Of a stretch of 64,000 nt of DNA, positions 52,733-64,000 are shown in pieces. The stretch is from positions 19,964,001-20,028,000 of the forward strand of contig NC_045138.2 of NCBI RefSeq assembly GCF_008831285.2. The letters are read 5' to 3'. The position numbers and the translations under genes were made by a program. How positions within the stretch are numbered: position 1 is the first letter of the stretch; each line of letters starts with the position of its first letter. Source of the DNA: Nymphaea colorata. Taxonomy: Eukaryota. The notes under the pieces were generated by a model. That model saw only the letters and a list, made by a program, of their open reading frames with translations, was not told the DNA's origin and did not search any database.

Positions 52733-53176
52733 CTTATAAGGGCTGATAGGCGATAGGCATTATAGCAGTGGTCAATATTAGACCAGCTTTAACGTGAACC
52801 AATACCCCAAATGAGAAAATGACTATGAAGTGTCAATATATAAACAAATTTGTGTGGGCAATTGCCACACATGCCCATTCCTGCCTCCGCCATTGGCATA
52901 TACTACATTTTCACGAAGGGTGAAAGTGTCATTTGTGTAAGCTAGAATGAACTTGAAAGAAGGGCCCTAAAAGTCTTTTATTTTCGAGTATGAAAGCATC
53001 GTGCCTAAAGGGGCTGGTTATGTTGATTTATCATACGATGCTGAGCTGGTCACACGTTATATATATATATATATATCAAAGTGTATCCGTGCCAAAATGG
53101 AAGACCTAGAGATGATCGATTGTAGACAAATTGCTTTAGCTAAGTCAGATTTTGACAAATTGACTTGACTCACCAA

Positions 53177-53456
53177 GAGGGTGTTTGGATGACGCTTCAA
53201 GATCATCAAGTTTAGGAATCGAAATTTAGTTTTGATTCTAAACCATATTTTTAGAATTTTTGGGTGCTATTGAGACTATGCTTGAAAAAAAAAAAAAAAA
53301 ACTTAATTCTGACAAAATTTGAATTTGTAAAAAGGAGTGATAAACCTGACCCCTATAGTTATTCATAAAACCCAGGTTTTAAATGTGCCACCCAAACATA
53401 TAAACCAACATTTAAATAATTAAAAAATAGTTCTGGGTGTGATCCAAATGCCTCCT
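53177..53456. mobile_element. Tourist-like MITE
   Basis: GAGGGTGTTTGGATGAC ... GATCCAAATGCCTCC, flanked by CAA/TAA. Confidence 0.7.
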
Positions 53457-53482
53457 AAGTTTTGTTCTTAGTTAGTGTGGAG

Positions 53483-53728
53483 TGTTGGCCCGCCTATTTT
53501 TTTAGTATATTTTGTCTTTTATAGGTTTGCCCAAATCTCCATGTTTAAAAAGGATGCGGTTTTAGTAATTTTCTTTTATCTTTTCCATGATAGTGGAAGA
53601 AACTTTGTGTGGCCATGGACTTAGGTGAACTTTGTCTTTGACTTATAAATATTTATATTTGTGTCTTCTTCTTTCTTCTTTTCTTTGTTTTCTTCTCTCT
53701 CTTCTTTGTTGAGGGCCTCGTTCCGACA
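53483..53728 (+). mobile_element. Solo-LTR-like element
   Basis: TGTTGG...CCGACA termini; GGCCATGGA...GAACTTTG shared with the 37.4 kb element. No clear TSD. Confidence 0.45.
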
Positions 53729-55071
53729 AGTCTGTCCCTTTTTCTATTTATTTTACAGATATTTTTTTTTTATTTTTCATGGGCCTATACTATATATTTT
53801 TCACATCTCTTTTGAATAAATGTCACAATGTTTTTTTAAGTCATAATTTTTTTTTTACTAATTCACGGCCGATCCCGGGTTGTAGATGATATTTTTTATT
53901 CATTCACAACTTATTTAGCTGAACTCCCACCAGTACAAACGTTTTGGATTTGATTGCTTTAGTTCTAAGTTCCAAGGGGATTTAAGATCGTAAAACTTTA
54001 GATCCTCATCCTTCATGAGTTATAACAAAGGTCTAAAACCTTATCTTTAAAATATGAAAAAATTATACTATATATTCCTAAATTGTATGTCAATCTTAAA
54101 ACTATGTTTCTCAAATTCATAATTTGTTGCTAAGGTTCCTTAATAAAACAAATCTTCATAGCTAGGGTTTAAGATAGTAAAACTTTCCCTTTCCCTTAAG
54201 TAGTGTTTGATAGTAGTAAAACTTTTCCTTGTGTAGTACTTGATAGCCTCGGACTTCAGATTCAAGATTACTACACTAAAAGGTGTGCACTATATAATGC
54301 TTAGTTTAAACAAACTGAGGATCTTAGTGGCATGAATCTTAAGTTGTGCTGGCGTGAGCGATAGCAATGGTGCACCTTTCTTAAAAAGTATTATTTCAAA
54401 CAAAATTCTAAAAGGCTTTAGAAATTAAAGACAAGCCAATGCACTAAAAGTGAAATATCTTTTAAAAAAGAGATGTACAGGCTATAAAAGGCTGCAATGG
54501 ATACATCTTTTTTCTCAATGTATTTTCTTTATTAAAGGAGAAAGAGAAAAGAGAAGAAAAGTGTTTCTTATGAGTTGCCAACTAGAGAGATAAATGGGTT
54601 ACCACACAATGTCAATGTAGTGAGCCCTAAGTAATATTTGCCAAGATATATTAAAATCAGCTGGGATTCAGGTAAGTCAAAATGAATACATTCTTTTTAC
54701 TGTATACATATTTGTATCATTTAATTGTTATTAATTAATTTAACCCTTTGTAGATTGATTATCTTTCATAGTTATATATTTTTTATTGATGTAACCTTTT
54801 GTATGGTCTTCTGTGTTTCAGTATATTTTATTATTTATTTATCTTTCTGACAAACGACAGTTTTTTACTGTTTTCTGATACAAGTGGTTTCAGTCTGGAA
54901 TTCAAAGAATTTTCTTTTTAGGTTGGAGTGTCAATTCTTTTTTTTTTTTCTTGAAACTTTGCATCTTAACAATCCACTTTGCCCACGGCCAGCACTCCAA
55001 CCTCACCCCACATCTAACTATTACAGCAATCTCAACTTTTTAATTCATGAACCATATCAAAGTTTTGTCAG

Positions 55072-55072
<1 letters not shown>

Positions 55073-55144
<72 letters not shown>
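55073..55144. repeat. (TA)n microsatellite
   Basis: Directly visible. Confidence 0.97.
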
Positions 55145-55148
<4 letters not shown>

Positions 55149-56092
55149 CTTTATGGGGATAAATAAATGAATAAAAATCTCTCATTTGGACCTTAAACGG
55201 AGCATCCTAAAATGGATCTGAGATTATCAGTTGAGCCGTAAATTCCGCCTACATTATAGGATTACTAAACGGGACTATAGGAGGTCCCAACAAAGTTGGA
55301 TTCACTAGTAATGACCACGTTCAAACGCGAATAGGTAGTGCTAATCTCTAACTCATTACATAGTTATCTTTTTCACGTATGCAGTGCATAATGAAAAAAT
55401 GTTAAAAAGTAAGTGGTTCTGGTTTTACTTTTCACTTTTCATCCCAAGGTTCGGTACTTTTTTCTCAAACTCTTCCCTTTGGTTCTATGATCAATTGAGT
55501 CCCGGCCTACTTAATTTTGTATTAAACCCCTCCTTTCTTTTCACTAAGGTCTAGAACTGCACCTGCTCGCAGAAAGATTAAACATTTATGGGAATCGAAC
55601 TAGTGACTGGACTATTGGTCTACTAAACTGCGATAAACCCCTTAGATGGTTGATGTTAATTTACTCAAATTAATAAAAAATAATAATTAGTTCATAGACT
55701 TAGCCACAAGAACTAATTTGGAATAACTGAGCAAAAACAAGGGCGCATTTTTCAATACTGATAAGCCAGGACCGTGATTGACAATCTTCTATAAGTTAAG
55801 GACGGATTTGGGAAAATAATCCCTTTTCAAAATGTACAGCTGAGCAGCTAAATCGGGGCTTTGCCGGAAAAGACCTCAGACGCCCTTAGTTCCAGAAAAT
55901 GACAACCAGACTCCAAAGGGGAAAATCTTACGAGGGCAAAAAAGTCTTTTTACTAGGAAAAACTAAAGTTGCCTCCCGTCAAACGCCGGCTGAAGAAGAA
56001 GATGAGACTTACACACCCGTTATCATCCAGCAATGCATGTTCTTATCCCTTAATCTTCGATCATTTGTTCTCCTTTTTCTGCTTCTCAGCCT

Positions 56093-57649
56093 CTATAAAT
56101 ACTCTTTATCGTGGAAGCTCTCTCATCTCGTCGTCGATGTTCGGAGCTCGACAAAAAGCAGCTCAAGGTTTGATGTTTTCCTGAGTGTCTGGTGTATGTT
56201 TGTGTATTACGTTTGTTTCTTGTGTTATGTGAATGAATGGTGTTCTTTGGGGAGTGAAGAGAGGTCCAGCTTTATGTGTTTTTCTTCGTCTATCTTTGGG
56301 AGGTCGATTTCTGTTCATTTTGGTTTTCCTGTTTTGGTAAAGTTAGTGTGGTTACGGGTAGTTGGTGATCGTTCTTAGGAGATAGAATGCTCGTTACTGT
56401 GAGTTCTGGCGTGCATTGTTCTTCTTCTTCTTCCTTGCTTCCTTCAAAAATCCGGGAGTTGGTTGAAAGATCAGGTGCTTGTAAACGTGTGTTTTCTAGG
56501 AGGGGAGAGTCCATTGGGTTGTCGGTGAGTCTTCTAGAACATGGTACTGATAGTGTTGGGTTTTGCTTTATTCAAGAGAAGTGAGGCAAATCCATTTCTT
56601 CGCTTTTGCTTCTTTAGTTGGTCCTCTTTGAAAAGTGATTTCTTTGAGTCTGATATTTTGGAGTTAGTATAAATACATACTCTGTTTTACGGATGGGGGA
56701 CGATGGGAATGCTTGCTACCGTGATGCTTTGTCGTGCATTGTTCCTTTTCTCTGTTCTTAAGATTGATTACAGTAGAAAGATGGCTCAACAAGGAAGTGT
56801 CTGTTGTGGTATTTTAAAACAGATGTTTATTGCATCGGTCGTTGTATATCACATCTTGCGAATTCAACTTTTTTTGTCTATCGATGTTATTCAGTTTAGC
56901 ATTATATTGCATCGACGAATCTTTTTGTTTGAACAAAAACTGTGATTAGTTATGGAAAGATGGGAGCCGTAACCTTCGGTGATTTAATAACTGTTGTTAC
57001 TTGAAACATGAAAACTTACTGAAACTTCTTTTATGTTGATCTGGGAGACTCAACTCCGGTTGCTTCGAGTTTCTTCTTTGTTCTTGCTTAATCTAAGGTT
57101 CGTCTGACGTTCGGTAGGCAGGGCACCGTTGTTCTGCTCGCCCTTTTCTCTCTTCCCTTTACTATTACTTTCTAGGCGTTTTATCGCTCTTTTCTCACTT
57201 CTCTCTCTCTCGCTCTTTCTCACTTTTTTGGGAAGAGATACTTTTTGTTTCTGTGATGGTGCATGTGCACCTGTCCTGTTTTGTCTGCCTTATCTTCTTT
57301 TCACTCAACGTCGCCTTTACTCAAGCCCATTCTTGTATATCTTTGTTTCGTGAATCTTGTTCTGCCTTCAGATACTTTGCAGCTTTTTTGATAAGAAAAA
57401 TTTACCCCTTGCTTTACTCTCTATATTCTTGTTTTGCATTCCAATTTCATGAAGGCATCTTGTTCCTTTTCTTGTGGCTTCAGTTATATAAGGTTCCTGA
57501 ATTATCTAGAAAAAAGTACGATCTTTCCCTTACCGATACATCTGGTCCCTCCTCTATTCCAATATTGCTTTTTTGGATCATGTTACCGTTTATTGTTCTA
57601 ATTTCAATTCTTAGTTTCTACTTTCTAACCATTTTCAATCTCAATCTAG
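56093..57649 (+). promoter_or_regulatory. TATA box, non-coding first exon and ~1.5 kb 5'UTR intron of GH3 paralog 2
   Basis: CTATAAATA near 56093, a CT-rich leader, donor AAG|GTTTG at 56168, a T-rich intron, and acceptor TCTAG at 57649, 11 nt before the ATG. Confidence 0.6.
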
Positions 57650-57660
57650 GCCTTGGAAGC

Positions 57661-60600
57661 ATGGCATCTTTCAGAGCCAGCATTGTCTTTGTTCTTTTGG
57701 TATCAGTATACATCTGCATTGGGCAGGCAGAGCATGTTAAATACAAGGATCCAAAAGAGCCACTTGGAGTTAGGATCAATGACTTGATGAAGCGAATGAC
57801 TCTAGAAGAAAAGATTGGACAGATGACCCAAATTGACCGAAGCGTTGCATCTGCAGATGTAATTCAAAAGTATTTCATAGGTATATTTACTTTTTGGCGT
57901 AAAGTCACACTTTTAGCTTTAGATTGTTAGTATTGTTGGGTATGCATTTATGTGCTATGGGTTTGTGGATACTAAGCATAAATAAATCCAACAGGCAGTT
58001 TGTTGAGTGGAGGTGGAAGCGTACCTCACCTCCAAGCCACTGCAAAAGAATGGGTTGATATGGTAAATGGGTTTCAGAAAGGAGCTATGTCTACCCGTCT
58101 CCAGATCCCAATGATTTATGGCATTGACGCTGTTCATGGTCACAACAATGTTTACAAGGCTACCATATTCCCCCACAATGTTGGTCTTGGAGCTACCAGG
58201 CAAGTAATGAAATTCAAACTAATTGAACATTTCAGAGATTTGGGAAATGGGTATTATTAGATTGATTACTGTCAATGATGCACGTATATAGTTCATTATG
58301 TCCATCATAAGTCTCATGATTCTTGGTTTCTCATGTGTATTAATTCCTGTTTTCGCTTTAGGGATCCTGAACTTGTGAAGAGAATTGGTGAGGCAACTGC
58401 TTTGGAAGTTAGAGCGACTGGCATCCCTTATGTTTTCGCACCTTGTGTTGCGGTAAAAATGAAATTCATTGTTCACTTCTCAAAACCATACAGAGTTCCA
58501 TAACAATTTTAATGGGATTGGTGTTCACTGTGGTTATGTCAGCCTTTTAACTCTGGCAACTGGACTATAAACAGGTTTGCAGGGATCCAAGATGGGGCCG
58601 CTGCTATGAGAGCTACAGTGAGGATCCTAAGGTTGTTAAAGCTATGACAGAAATTATTCCTGGTTTACAGGGACAATTACCTTCAGGTTCAAGCAAAGGA
58701 GTCCCTTTTGTCGCTGGAAAGTGAGTCAACATTAACATATTGTAGTTTAGTGTTGATCTATCTTTGGCTATAAATGGTTGTTTCTCCATGCCTCCTTTGC
58801 AGTCGCCATGTAGCTGCCTGCGCCAAGCACTACGTGGGTGATGGCGGCACACATGATGGAATCAACGAGAATAACACCATTATCAGTCGTACTGGCCTCC
58901 TCAGAATTCACATGGCTCCATATTATGATGCTGTTTACAAGGGGGTTTCGACTGTCATGGTTTCTTATTCAAGCTGGAATGGAAAAAAAATGCATGCAAA
59001 CCGTGATTTAGTTACTGGTTATCTCAAGAACCACCTCAAGTTCAGAGTACGTTGACCCACATGTATTATATGTCATTTTTCGAATGAATATGCAGCTGAC
59101 CTTCAAATTTATGCTAATGGCTGTGGAACCAGCGGGAGAATCATTTTAACATGGGTGCATATGTGATCATGTTGCAGGGATTTGTTATTTCAGATTGGAT
59201 GGGCATTGACAGGATCACATCTCCACCACATGCAAATTATTCATATTCAGTTCATGCTGGAATTCATGCTGGCATTGATATGGTAAATGCAGTTTTTCAA
59301 TTGTTAACAGAGATTGTCATTTAATATTTCATTTTGATGTACCAAATATTTGCAATCCAATGTGCTGAACTCTGTAATAAATGCAGACTTCATATTTCAT
59401 AACAATGCTATAGCTAACAATTATGTTTATTTTGAACTAGGCTGGTGTAGAAGACATCATAATAATTCTTCAAATTTTAATATCTGTTCTTACCCTCTAC
59501 TCTTAAATGGTCAATGTATCTTCCTGAACAGGATTTTATATTTTATCAACATTTATTCCTATTCTTTGCATGTGCTGTGATCTTTTTTTTATTATTATTC
59601 TTACATAGCTAATATAGCTTTGCAGACAGTTACTGATCTAAAAACGCTTCTGCAGATCATGGTTCCATATAACTACACAGAGTTCATTGAAGAGCTAACC
59701 CGCCAAGTTAAAAATAAGTTGATTCCAATGAGCAGAATTGATGATGCAGTTGGGCGGATATTGCGAGTCAAGTTTGTGATGGGGCTTTTTGAGAAGCCCT
59801 ATGGTGATTACAGTTTAGTGGACGAACTTGGCAGTCAGGTCTGCATCTCTTCATATATCTCTATTTTGTTCGAAAAAGTATGCAATTATGGTGATGCATG
59901 TTTATGATCCCTAAAGAAAAACCAAATTCTCTTTCTGGAAACCATGACAGTTCATTTAAGTAATGAATTTCTGAAACACCTTTCTGGATGTGAACTTTTT
60001 ACAAATTGTGATGCTTACAGATGAACTCATGAATTGTCTTTTTGTTGGCAGGTTCATAGAGAATTGGCAAGGGAGGCTGTTAGGAAATCACTTGTTCTGC
60101 TTAAAAATGGAAAGCGAGGCACCAAGCCTGTGTTGCCACTTGACAAGAAGGCCCCTAAGATCCTTGTCGCCGGAACCCACGCCGACAACTTGGGCTACCA
60201 GTGTGGTGGATGGACAATCCAATGGCAAGGTGTATCAGGAAACAATGATACCAAAGGTAGAACTCATCAGATGGCACAGTTATTATTGGATTTTGCGCAT
60301 CCGGAATGTCATATCTCCATGACATGACTGGTTTTCCTTCTATCCATATATCCTGATGAAAGTTTCTTCCTCCTTTCAGGAACAACCATTCTCAGTGCTG
60401 TGAAGTCAACGGTCAGCCCCAAGACTGAAGTTGTGTTTGAAGAGAATCCGAGCGCAGACTTTGTGAAGGAGGGTGAATTTTCTTATGCCATTGTGGCTGT
60501 TGGCGAGGCTCCTTATGCAGAAACATTTGGCGACAGCATGAACTTAACCATGCTCAGCCCTGGTCCTTCTATTATCCAAAGCGTTTGCAAATCTGTGAAG

Positions 60601-60867
60601 TGTGCTGTGGTCATCATCTCAGGCAGGCCCATTGTCATTGAGCCGTATGTGTCGCAGATTGACGCCTTGGTGGCCGCATGGTTGCCGGGAACTGAAGGCC
60701 AGGGCGTTGCAGATGTCCTGTTTGGTGACTATGGCTTCTCAGGCAAGCTGCCACGGACCTGGTTCAAGAGCGTTGATCAGCTCCCCATGAATGTTGGTGA
60801 CAAGTACTACGACCCACTTTACCCATTTGGCTATGGCCTGACTACATCTCCAGCAAATTCCAATTAG
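57661..60867 (+). CDS. Glycoside hydrolase family 3 beta-glucosidase / exo-beta-D-glucanase (secreted), paralog 2, 628 aa
   Basis: Nine exons: 57661-57880, 57995-58199, 58362-58452, 58575-58720, 58803-59046, 59178-59282, 59656-59838, 60052-60256, 60380-60867 (1887 nt). Exon lengths are the same as paralog 1 (220/205/91/146/244/105/183/205/488). Canonical motifs [48 protein letters not shown]. Confidence 0.97.
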
Positions 60868-61383
60868 AGAAAACAGCTTAGTTTGAAAGCAATCAAGCCT
60901 ATATAGATTGCAGTCCTGTTCCGATATTCTTTGCAAGTGTAATCGAACTAATTGTATTATGGGAACTTCTTAAGCTATAATTTATATCGTAATATTAAAA
61001 GGAAGTTTGATTTCAGTCTAAGCTAGTGAATATTTGTTATCAATGTCGTCATTTTATAAAGGAGAAAGAAAGAAGAGAAGAGAAGTGTTTGCTACGAGTT
61101 AAAGCAAAATGATTCCCATCCAATGTCAATCCACTGGTTCGATCCTAAATAAATATTTGTCAAAATATATTTAAATCAGCTCGAGTCGGCGAATTCGAAT
61201 TGCATTAATGAAAAAATGTTAGGTTCTTATTCAGATTTAGATCATACTAGTTGATGTTTTTTAGAGCGTGTATGCATTTTTATTGTTTGATTGATATTAA
61301 TTAAGCTTCGTAATTTGATTATCTTTCATAGTTTGTTAAATACTATTATTTCTGCAACTTTTTTTATGATCGTTTGAATCTCT

Positions 61384-61484
61384 TCATTTTTCAAAAAAAA
61401 AAAAAACGAATCAAATTTGAATCATTTTCAGCTTTCAGCTAAAAATGATTCAAATTTGATTCGTTTTTTTTTTTTGAAAAATGA
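61384..61484. repeat. Near-perfect long inverted repeat (palindrome)
   Basis: TCATTTTTC-A14-CGAATCAAATTTGAATCATTTT, a 13-nt spacer, then AAAATGATTCAAATTTGATTCG-T12-GAAAAATGA. Confidence 0.95.
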
Positions 61485-62286
61485 TATTATATTTTACAGA
61501 ATCATAAAGCAAGTTCAAGGTTAAACCGTTTAATTCTTGCGTATTTGCATGAGACTTGCTTCTTGACAATTCACCTTACATATATCTGGTTGCACTATCA
61601 GTCTGAAAACGACTTCATTATTAGCAAACACTAATTTATTTTCATATATGACTCATGATTCTACTGATTGCTATACTACCGCACCCATTTCTTCCGAAGT
61701 AAACACTTCAGGAAATTACCTAAGCCCAATATCTAAGAGGACGAGTTGGTTCAGGTACCGGGGCCTGACTCGGCTTGCGACTCGGGCAAGCGCTAGCCCG
61801 AGTATCCTCTGTTCCTCATCAGCTGTCCAGGGCCATCCCCCCACCCTTCACATTTTGGAAATACTTATGCTTATATTTTTTGAAAAATTGTAACTTGGTA
61901 TATATAAACATTCTGAAAAATATTGTTTGGCCCCATACAAATTTCCGAAATATTATACGCATCACCCCTTCTCCCTTGTTCTTTAAAAAAAAAAAAAAAA
62001 TCTGACTCCCTTTTTCTTTAAAAAAAAAAAAAATCTGACTCCGTCCCTACCTACCTTGATCTGATTATAAGATGCATTTGGTCAAAGACAGATGGTAGTT
62101 CTCCAAGAATCAAAAACACTAGAGTATGACAAAAAGAGGGTTGTCATCTGAATCAATCCAGTAGATGTCAGAATAAGCAGAAACACCAGAAAATGCATAA
62201 AAGGATCGAAGAAAATTACCTTCCTCAAATCTCGTGAGATGTGGTAGTTCTGATGAAGTTTCTGTGGTGCATAGCAACTACATCAT

Positions 62287-62287
<1 letters not shown>

Positions 62288-62320
<33 letters not shown>
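62288..62320. repeat. Poly-A tract (~33 nt)
   Basis: Directly visible. Confidence 0.95.
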
Positions 62321-62322
<2 letters not shown>

Positions 62323-62616
62323 CTTCACTGACATAAATTCATCGAGCAAATGCACAGCCTAAAGCATCGAGTAAAGCCTGTTCCATAAAATATGTTATTT
62401 CACATTACCCGCTTAAAATATTTGATTATATATATATATATATATATATATAAAGATATTGTAGTTTTTGAATTGGTACCCTTTCACAAATGCTGAACGG
62501 CCCCTAAAAAACGAAAGTATGGATGACACTATTAGTCTAACTTATTGACCTTTCTTTCGCTCGGGGCAACTTAGCCATATGTCTCCCATTGCCCATTGGT
62601 TTTATGCAGATATAAA

Positions 62617-62809
62617 TAGGGGTGGAGCCATATGAATTTTTCATGAGGGAAGCCATATTAAAGTTTTTAAATTTTGATTGGAACCAAAATATCATTTTTA
62701 AAATTTTTATATAGAACAAGTGAAATTTTTTAAAACTTAAGTATAAATTTTAAATTAAAAATTTGAGGTGGGCGAAGGCCCATGCGTCCCCCTTTTGGCT
62801 CCACCCCTG
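62617..62809. mobile_element. hAT-type MITE (GGGG.GGAGCCA family)
   Basis: TIRs TAGGGGTGGAGCCA / TGGCTCCACCCCTG. TSD GATATAAA / GATATAAG (7/8). Related copies lie at about 2024-2190 and 27012-27208. Confidence 0.85.
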
Positions 62810-64000
62810 GATATAAGGTTATTATAAAGGAATATTAGATCAAGCAATATTGGCTCATAATTTAACATTTAGTCTAGTTTGACACGAGAAGACAAGAAAA
62901 AACACAGGTTGAAGTTAGGTTATTAGAATTTGGAGAATATAAGACATAATTTTCTCATGCACACACACACACACATCTTGCATGCGCTACACGCACGTAT
63001 AGCATTGCAAAATATGAACATTTATGTGCCCTCGTGTGTATTTGCTCAACCATGTTGCGTCAACAATTGTGAAGACGGCCAAGTGCCAACTCCAAAAAGA
63101 CATCGTTAATTTAAATGAACAATTGCAATCCAGCCTTTCGAAAATTATTGTTTATGCGCCTATTTGTAAGTAATATGATTTTATTTTATGGAGAGGTTGA
63201 TGTTAGTGCAAATGGGAATGCATATTTAGTTAGAAAGATTTGTTAGGTGGCTAAAAATTTAAAAAAAAAAACACTAATCATATTATAAAGGCATAAACCA
63301 TTACTAAACACACCATAAACTATTGTTGTACCACAAGCTATCGATAATGCTCCTGTCATGACTATTAAACGATAGAGTTTAAGTTTTTAACCATCTGACA
63401 ACATCTATCATCTCATCTGGCAGATCTAGACTCCCCTATATACACCCTTAGATTAAGCTTTCTTTGGTGAACGTGACTGCTTAAACGAACTGAAAATTTC
63501 CAAAAACATTGAAAAAAAAAAGACATGACGTTTTACGTTTTTGAAACTGAACATGTAGAATTTATCTGCAACGTTTTTTAAAGTTAGGCTCCCACCAAAA
63601 GTATACCTAGACGTATTTTTATTTATTTAAGCTTTTGGATATGTTTTCCGATATATTTAGAGAAGATATATTAGATTAAGAATTCCCAATACCAATATAT
63701 GCTTTAAGAAAGATAAAAAAAAATGACCACCCTTCAACAATATTTAGCAACGAAAACTTTGTGTCTGGGATAGTAAGTTCAATCCAACGCATCGTTGTGA
63801 CTAAAGTTTGGCCAGACGACAAAGGAACACTCCTGTTAATTTGGATGTAAGGTTTCCTAGAAGCACACAGAACACCAAGACACCCCGCCCCCCTAGCATA
63901 AGCGCACACACACATACACATAGACACACACAAAGAGAGAGCGAGCAAGAAAGAGAGAGAGAGGTGAAACGAGTGACTTTTAGGATGAAACGGGTGGCGA

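Noticed and set aside
57253..57660. N-terminal extension of the 225-aa ORF 57253-57930
   Set aside because: It runs through T-rich 5'UTR intron sequence. The true start is ATG 57661, which gives a signal peptide and a 220-nt exon 1 matching paralog 1.

Overview
AT-rich flowering-plant nuclear DNA; the species cannot be determined from the sequence alone. Three protein-coding genes are well supported, all on the + strand. The first is an intronless MCTP (multiple C2 domain and transmembrane protein, closest to the MCTP16/QUIRKY-related group) at 13097-16174. The other two are tandem 9-exon GH3 beta-glucosidase/exo-beta-D-glucanase paralogs (31940-35366 and 57661-60867), each 628 aa, with identical exon lengths and a shared GC-AG second intron. 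A MIR166 hairpin (9149-9272), invisible in the ORF track, lies upstream of the MCTP with a candidate 44-aa upstream ORF. Probable last exons of a membrane-anchored protein gene lie at 4504-5358. The intergenic DNA is dense in MITEs (hAT-type with 8-bp TSDs, Tourist-type with TTA/TAA), solo-LTR-like pieces, decayed LINE-like fragments and microsatellites. It also holds a ~4.3 kb degenerate tandem array, several local duplication relics and a ~100-bp near-perfect palindrome. The first GH3 copy is intact but has substitutions in motifs that are normally highly conserved around the active site.
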